Shown here: positions 27,057 to 32,000 of the stretch, piece after piece
Numbering within the stretch: position 1 is the stretch's first letter
Layout of the letters: the number at the start of each line of letters is the position of its first letter
Origin: an uncultured bacterium
GTDB taxonomy: Bacteria > Auribacterota > JACPWU01
DNA length: 32,000 nucleotides
Direction of reading: 5' to 3'
Assembly (NCBI GenBank): GCA_964640155.1
Contig: CAZXEQ010000005.1
Coordinates: 1-32,000 of the forward strand
The notes under the pieces: generated by a model
Database searches by the model: none
What the model was told of the DNA's origin: nothing
The model's input: the letters and a program-made list of their open reading frames with translations, nothing else
Made by a program: the position numbers and the translations under genes

Positions 27057-28469
27057 TTGCTCGTCGTTTTTTTGCTCTTAACGCTTGTCTATTATCGAAC
27101 AAAATTCTTATTAGATCAGCTCCAAAACTCCTATCGAACACTTTCTCAAGAAAAGGAAGTTGTCTTATCCTTTATCCGTGAAATTGGCGATGCTTTCACC
27201 TCTGCAGATGAATTAAAACATCTTTTCCAAATCATTATCACCTGTTCAAAGAGAACATTGAATGCATCTGCAGAAGCCATTTTTCTTCTTGATGAAAGTC
27301 ACTCTTACTTACAAGCCAAAGTGATCGATGGACTTTTCCCACCTATTTTTGAGGCATTACCAGCTGATTCTCTTTCAAAAGTTGCAACAAAAACGAAATA
27401 TCTTCAGGATTTGATTTTAGGGCTTAAAATCCCCCTTGGAGAAGGAATTGTAGGTCGTACTGCACAAAACAGAGCCTCCCTTCTTATCAAAGATGCATCT
27501 ATTGACTCAAGAATTACACAACCTCCCATTGATTTTTTAAAAGTAAAAACTCTCATGATTGTTCCACTCATTTTTAAGGAAGAAGTCATCGGAATCATGA
27601 TCGCTGCAAATAAAACAGATGATAAAACTTTTACAGAAATTGATCTCTCCCTTTTCGAAGCATTGTCAGATCAAGCCGCGCTCTCCATTCACAATGCACG
27701 GTTGTATCAAGCTATTTCAGAAAAAGAAAAATTGGATAAAGAATTAAAAACAGCAACTCAAGTGCAAAAGCTGCTTCTTCCAGCTCGTTACCCAGAAATT
27801 CCCGGTTTTGACTTTTCAGCTTTAAGCCGTCCTGCACGTCAAATTGGAGGAGATTATTATGATTTTTTTCCTGTAGGACCTGGCCAATACGCAATGGCCA
27901 TTGCAGACGTTTCAGGAAAGGGTATTCCTGCTGCTCTCATTATGACAATGGCACGAAGTATTTTAAGAAGTTCTGCTCCAGAAAAAATGTCTCCGAGACA
28001 AGTGCTTTCAGAACTCAATCGACTTCTTCATGGAGATATTCAACAAGACATGTTTATCAGTATGGTTTATTTGGTTTTAGATGAACAAAAAAAGCAACTA
28101 AGACTTACGAGAGCCGGACATGAACCTATTCTCTTCTATGACAAAAAAGAAGGAGCTGTCAGATTTATGCGACCTCAGGGAATTGTCTTGGGAATGGACC
28201 CCGGATCTCTTTTTACTTCAACTCTTGAAGAAATATTACTGGTCCTTAATCCAGGAGATATTCTCGTTCTTTATACAGATGGGGTAACAGAAGCACAGGA
28301 CTTTGAAGGCAAAGAATTTGGATATGAAGCCTTAGCAGAATCAATTCGAAGTTCAGCAAATCTACCTGCTCAAGAAATTGCAAATTATCTGATGGCTCGA
28401 ATTTTGAGATTCACAGGAAATATTCCTCAAAGAGATGATTTAACTTTGTTAATTATTAAAGCCCTTTAA
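27057..28469 (+). CDS. GAF-domain PP2C-type (SpoIIE/RsbU-like) serine phosphatase
   Basis: 470 aa from a TTG start. GAF-like GEGIVGRTA..VPLIF..EVIGIM, then PP2C motifs GGDYYDF, IADVSGKG, LYTDGVTEA and RDDLTLL. The reading frame is open back to 26967, so the start is uncertain. Confidence 0.85.
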   Translation: MLVVFLLLTLVYYRTKFLLDQLQNSYRTLSQEKEVVLSFIREIGDAFTSADELKHLFQIIITCSKRTLNASAEAIFLLDESHSYLQAKVIDGLFPPIFEALPADSLSKVATKTKYLQDLILGLKIPLGEGIVGRTAQNRASLLIKDASIDSRITQPPIDFLKVKTLMIVPLIFKEEVIGIMIAANKTDDKTFTEIDLSLFEALSDQAALSIHNARLYQAISEKEKLDKELKTATQVQKLLLPARYPEIPGFDFSALSRPARQIGGDYYDFFPVGPGQYAMAIADVSGKGIPAALIMTMARSILRSSAPEKMSPRQVLSELNRLLHGDIQQDMFISMVYLVLDEQKKQLRLTRAGHEPILFYDKKEGAVRFMRPQGIVLGMDPGSLFTSTLEEILLVLNPGDILVLYTDGVTEAQDFEGKEFGYEALAESIRSSANLPAQEIANYLMARILRFTGNIPQRDDLTLLIIKAL

Positions 28470-28491
28470 TTTTTATAAAATTACCATTCTA

Positions 28492-30699
28492 TTAACGATC
28501 TGAGACCGAACTCATTTTAAAAGATTTCCCATCACATTCTAAGACAAAAGAACACGCCCTTTCCCCTTCAAAAAGAGAGATTCTCCTTGCTTTAATTTCT
28601 TCACTCAAATACTTTTGAAAACCTTCTTTAAGAAAAACTGCTTTTATCTTTTGATGATCCATCCATTTTAAAAACGCTTCAACATCAACCTTATCTTCAA
28701 TAAAAACAACTCCTTCACCTTGCATCTTTTCCATTCTTAATTTTTCAAAAGTTCCCGCACGAAACCAAATCATCCATTGATCTTGATAATAAAGTTTTTC
28801 TAGCTCCCCTTCCGGAGAAATTTCAACTTTTATATTTTCCATCAAAGAAAGAGGTAAAGAATCTAAAGTTTGAGACTTTACGATCTGGAAAACACTGGTC
28901 TTTAAACTAGATTCTGTTTTAGGGATAAAAAGATGATTAATTTCTTTTACTTTTAATAAGAATAGAAGTTGATGAAGCCAAGGCTCTTCAATAGAAGTCG
29001 TATCAATACCGTTAAGCCAAAGAGAATATTTTTTATTCCATTCCATCATTTGTATATTTACTTGGCCTCGAGAAAAAGAAGAAAGCTTTAAAATATTTTC
29101 ATGACGAGCAGGAAATAGAAATACAACCAGGCTCAAAGCTATCAGCCAAAAATAAGATGTTTTGATTTTTTGAGTCCCTTTCCATAACCCTAAGAAAAGA
29201 ATGGCATAAAAAGAAATCATCCATAGCCAAGAAGGTCGATTAATAAAAAAATAAGCCCCTGGAAATTTTGAGAATAAATCCATGCTAGATACTAAAAAAC
29301 TCAAAAAAACCTCATTCATCATATTCAAAGGAACAGCAACAAAATCAGAAAAACCTAAAAGACCCACCACAAAACCTACATTCATGACAATGCCGACCAA
29401 AGGAACCGCTAATAAATTAGCTAAAATTGTTATAGGAGAAAAAACATGAAAGTGATAAGCGATCAAAGGGAAAACACCTATCCAAACGGCTAAAGAACTA
29501 CTAAGTGTCTTGATGATCCATTGCATCATTTTTTCAAAAAGACGCTCTCTTTTATCTAGAAGAGGGAAAAATCGTTGAGGTATTTTCTGAAGAAAAATCA
29601 AATCTTTTTCAAGAATGGGTGTTAGAAAAATTAACGCCAGCAGGCAAAGAAAAGACAATTGAAACCCAGGATCAAATAGACTTAAAGGATTATAAAGCAA
29701 CATTCCCAAAGCAGATCCTCCTAAAGCGTTGCTTAAATTACTTTTTCTTTTCAGAATTCGTCCGATGAGAAAAAATGTGGCCATAATCGCTGAGCGCAAA
29801 ATAGGAGGAGCCAAACCTGTCATAAAAGAATAAATCCAAATAGACAGAAGAGCCAAAATATAAACCCCTGTTTTAGGAAAAGAAAACAAACCTAGAACAA
29901 ATAAAATACACAGTAGTATCACTGTCAAATGAAGCCCTGAAATTGACAAAATATGAATGGTCCCGGTGTAGAGAAAAGAACTTTTTAGTTCAGGGCTAAC
30001 ATTTTCTCTGGACCCAACAATCATCGCTTGTAATAAAGGTAAAACCGTTGAATCCCTTGAAATTCCTTTCTCAAGATTATGATTTGTAAATTGCCTGAAT
30101 TGTTCAATCCTCTTTTCAAAAGAAATTTGATCACTCTGCAAGAGATGAATAGATTTAGCACTTGATACTTTTACTACTAAAACAACTCCCTGACTTTTCA
30201 GCCAAACAGGAAAACCTTCTTCATGACTGAAATTACTGAAAGGCCTTTGAAGAATCTTTCCTTCGAGTTCTATTTTGTCAAAGCGATTGAGTAAACAGTT
30301 CTCTCCCCCTTTCACAAGTACTTTCCCATTTGCAGAAAACCAGCGGTGATCTTCATGAGTAGAGTGAACATCTACGATGATTTGTTTAAGCCCAGAAATC
30401 TGAACAAAATCTACAATTTCTCCCTGAATTTGAATAAATGTTTTAGCTTTGGACAGTTGATCGATACGATCAGAGGAAGGAAAATAAATCTTAAAATCAT
30501 AAAGAAAAATTCCGACTAAAAAACATACACTTAAAAGACAAATATTTGAGATTTTCTGATTTTTTAAAAAAGGGAAAATAATTAAGAGCACAAAACCTAA
30601 AATCCATAGTCCAACGGTTAAACTAAAAGGAAGAAAAGAAGCTGTAAAAATTCCGACGGCAAGAGAAATAGAGAGAACAAGAAGAGGTTGTTTTGTCAT
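28492..30699 (-). CDS. comEC: DNA internalization competence protein ComEC/Rec2 family
   Basis: 735 aa with an N-terminal DUF4131/OB-like region and a polytopic competence domain (GTIHILSISGLHLT, FQLSFL). The C-terminal ~200 aa lack HxHxDH. Confidence 0.85.
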   Translation of the reverse strand: MTKQPLLVLSISLAVGIFTASFLPFSLTVGLWILGFVLLIIFPFLKNQKISNICLLSVCFLVGIFLYDFKIYFPSSDRIDQLSKAKTFIQIQGEIVDFVQISGLKQIIVDVHSTHEDHRWFSANGKVLVKGGENCLLNRFDKIELEGKILQRPFSNFSHEEGFPVWLKSQGVVLVVKVSSAKSIHLLQSDQISFEKRIEQFRQFTNHNLEKGISRDSTVLPLLQAMIVGSRENVSPELKSSFLYTGTIHILSISGLHLTVILLCILFVLGLFSFPKTGVYILALLSIWIYSFMTGLAPPILRSAIMATFFLIGRILKRKSNLSNALGGSALGMLLYNPLSLFDPGFQLSFLCLLALIFLTPILEKDLIFLQKIPQRFFPLLDKRERLFEKMMQWIIKTLSSSLAVWIGVFPLIAYHFHVFSPITILANLLAVPLVGIVMNVGFVVGLLGFSDFVAVPLNMMNEVFLSFLVSSMDLFSKFPGAYFFINRPSWLWMISFYAILFLGLWKGTQKIKTSYFWLIALSLVVFLFPARHENILKLSSFSRGQVNIQMMEWNKKYSLWLNGIDTTSIEEPWLHQLLFLLKVKEINHLFIPKTESSLKTSVFQIVKSQTLDSLPLSLMENIKVEISPEGELEKLYYQDQWMIWFRAGTFEKLRMEKMQGEGVVFIEDKVDVEAFLKWMDHQKIKAVFLKEGFQKYLSEEIKARRISLFEGERACSFVLECDGKSFKMSSVSDR

Positions 30700-30704
30700 A
30701 AATA

Positions 30705-30792
30705 CGGGTGACGCTCGACGGGGCGCCCTACCGAGCGCAACTTTTGCTGAGCACGGTGATGGTCCCGATGTGACATCGGGGGACCCGCCACC
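30705..30792 (-). ncRNA. Candidate structured RNA D: 88-nt GC-rich leader/intercistronic element abutting the comEC start codon
   Basis: 68% GC by hand count. Hairpin 30712-30717/30732-30737 carries a GGGCGCCC palindrome in its loop. Hairpin 30755-30792 contains CCCGAUG-UGA-CAUCGGG. An alternative closing pairing joins 30705-09 to 30783-87. The element ends 5 nt before the comEC ATG, which has no SD. Confidence 0.5.
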
Positions 30793-30819
30793 TTATCAGA
30801 AAATATACTTCTATGCATG

Positions 30820-31353
30820 TCAACCATCACCCCCATAATCCACAATTTCTACAGAAATGGCCTGCATAGAAATTTTAGCTAAATGAAGAATAGGAATAGA
30901 ATCTGACAACCAAACCTTCACAAGACGATCCTGATAAACACCTCTGTATCGTTGACATGGGAAAAACCCTTTTTCAACAGCAATAGACTCTTCGCCATCA
31001 AGCTTAAAATCAATTTGAAAAAAGTCATTCATTTCTGTTTTTTCAGGATAAATCTCTTTTACATTTCCTCCATCATAAATCCGAATCGAAATAACTTTTC
31101 CTTCATTCAAATCAATCAACTGCTCTGAGTCAGAAATTTGCTTATCTTTATTAAAACTTGTAATTTTAAGAGTGAGCTTTTCATCTCCTTTCGCAACAAC
31201 AGCCGTACGGGTCAATAATCCATCACTAGATTTCATCAAAATCCATTGTCCCACCTTAGTATTTTGATAAAAATCTGATATTTTTAAAGCTTGAGCTGAC
31301 CCCTGTACAAATAAACAACACAAAATTACCAATTGAATAAAAATCTTTTTCAT
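30820..31353 (-). CDS. Secreted protein of unknown function
   Basis: 177 aa from the ATG at 31353, which forms an ATGA overlap with the comEA stop. Signal peptide MKKIFIQLVILCCLFVQGSAQA. I recognise no family. Confidence 0.6.
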   Translation of the reverse strand: MKKIFIQLVILCCLFVQGSAQALKISDFYQNTKVGQWILMKSSDGLLTRTAVVAKGDEKLTLKITSFNKDKQISDSEQLIDLNEGKVISIRIYDGGNVKEIYPEKTEMNDFFQIDFKLDGEESIAVEKGFFPCQRYRGVYQDRLVKVWLSDSIPILHLAKISMQAISVEIVDYGGDG

Positions 31354-31937
31354 TTCACACAAACCTTATCCTTAAGATCATCAAATTTCTTTTGACCAAT
31401 GCCAGGAACCTTTAAAAGATCATCAACACAAGTGAAAACATGCTCTTTGCGATAGTCCATAATTCGTGTTGCTAAACCCGGCCCAATACCTGGAAGGCCA
31501 TCCAATTCAATAACACTTGCAGCATTGATATTAATTTTTCCTGGCTCTTTTGAAGGAGGGGTTTCAGCAGAAACATTCACAGGGGTCTCTTGTATAACAG
31601 GCATCCCAGGAACAACAATCGTTTGTCCGTCCTTAACAAATTCCGCCAAGGGAAGACCTAACAAATCTGCTTGAGGTAAAGGTGTAGCTTTTTGAATCGC
31701 TTCTATCAAACGTGTCCCTAGCACTACGCGATAAACACCAGGGTCCTGTACAGCACCTTTTACAAGAACAAGAAGATCTTCTCTAGAGCTCTCAAGCTCT
31801 ATCGCCTGATGACGAGAACCTCTTTGAAAAACATCTATGCCTGCAAACCTTTTAACTGCAAACAAAGACAAACCTAAAATAAAAAGAAGAATAAGAGAAA
31901 AAAGAAGAATCCGTTCTTGGCGAGTTAAACTGAACAT
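31350..31937 (-). CDS. comEA: ComEA-family DNA-binding competence protein (SLBB plus helix-hairpin-helix)
   Basis: 195 aa with an N-terminal TM anchor, an SLBB-like VKGAVQDPGVYRV segment, and C-terminal INAASVIELDGLPGIGPGLATRI...VPGIGQKKF HhH motifs. Confidence 0.85.
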   Translation of the reverse strand: MFSLTRQERILLFSLILLFILGLSLFAVKRFAGIDVFQRGSRHQAIELESSREDLLVLVKGAVQDPGVYRVVLGTRLIEAIQKATPLPQADLLGLPLAEFVKDGQTIVVPGMPVIQETPVNVSAETPPSKEPGKININAASVIELDGLPGIGPGLATRIMDYRKEHVFTCVDDLLKVPGIGQKKFDDLKDKVCVK

Positions 31938-32000
31938 GAGGATTTACCCCACAATTAAATTCACCAACTTTTTTGGAACATGAATAAATTTACGAATAGA

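Noticed and set aside
30751-30792. Fluoride (crcB-motif) riboswitch-like GGUGAUGG on the plus strand of element D.
   Set aside because: The plus strand has no downstream gene to regulate. The remaining conserved fluoride-riboswitch segments and pseudoknot partners are not evident.
1-32000. Checked for CRISPR arrays, tRNA or rRNA genes, transposase, integrase or phage genes, and signs of an alternative genetic code.
   Set aside because: I found no regularly spaced direct repeats and no T-loop (GGTTCGAATCC-like) or cloverleaf in the GC-rich islands. No mobile-element proteins are present. TGA, TAA and TAG are all used as genuine stops of conserved genes.

Overview
AT-rich, densely coding bacterial chromosomal segment. 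My hand estimate is about 35-40% GC; I did not compute it over the whole window. There are no rRNA or tRNA genes, CRISPR arrays, transposases or integrases. Gene content is housekeeping: a split transketolase; a DUF2203 gene; a ten-gene nuo operon (nuoA-B-CD-H-I-J-K-L-M-N, encoding 11 subunits because nuoC and nuoD are fused) with no nuoE/F/G; a thioredoxin-domain (DUF255/YyaL-like) protein; a compact uvrC; rpsT; a 1006-aa membrane/spermidine-synthase-like/TPR fusion; and htpX. A long minus-strand cluster follows: TPR protein, BamE-like lipoprotein, nagZ, MBL hydrolase, zinc-ribbon peptide, patatin. The window ends with a STAS plus GAF-PP2C partner-switching pair and a comEA / unknown secreted protein / comEC cluster. 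The unusual signal is non-coding. Four discrete GC-rich islands (52-68% GC by hand count) fill intergenic gaps at 14641-14821, 19692-19844, 21849-21987 and 30705-30792. Each has a long closing helix and nested, almost purely Watson-Crick internal hairpins, and each starts 16-38 nt after the stop codon of the upstream gene. Two of them share a CCCGAU/AUCGGG hairpin module. By eye I could not match any of them to SRP, 6S, tmRNA, RNase P, tRNA, hammerhead or common riboswitch signatures. They are candidate undescribed structured RNAs or cis-elements. Smaller oddities are a heptamer-repeat hairpin between the two transketolase cistrons, a nested palindrome upstream of nuoA, and a comEC whose C-terminal domain lacks the metallo-beta-lactamase His motif.
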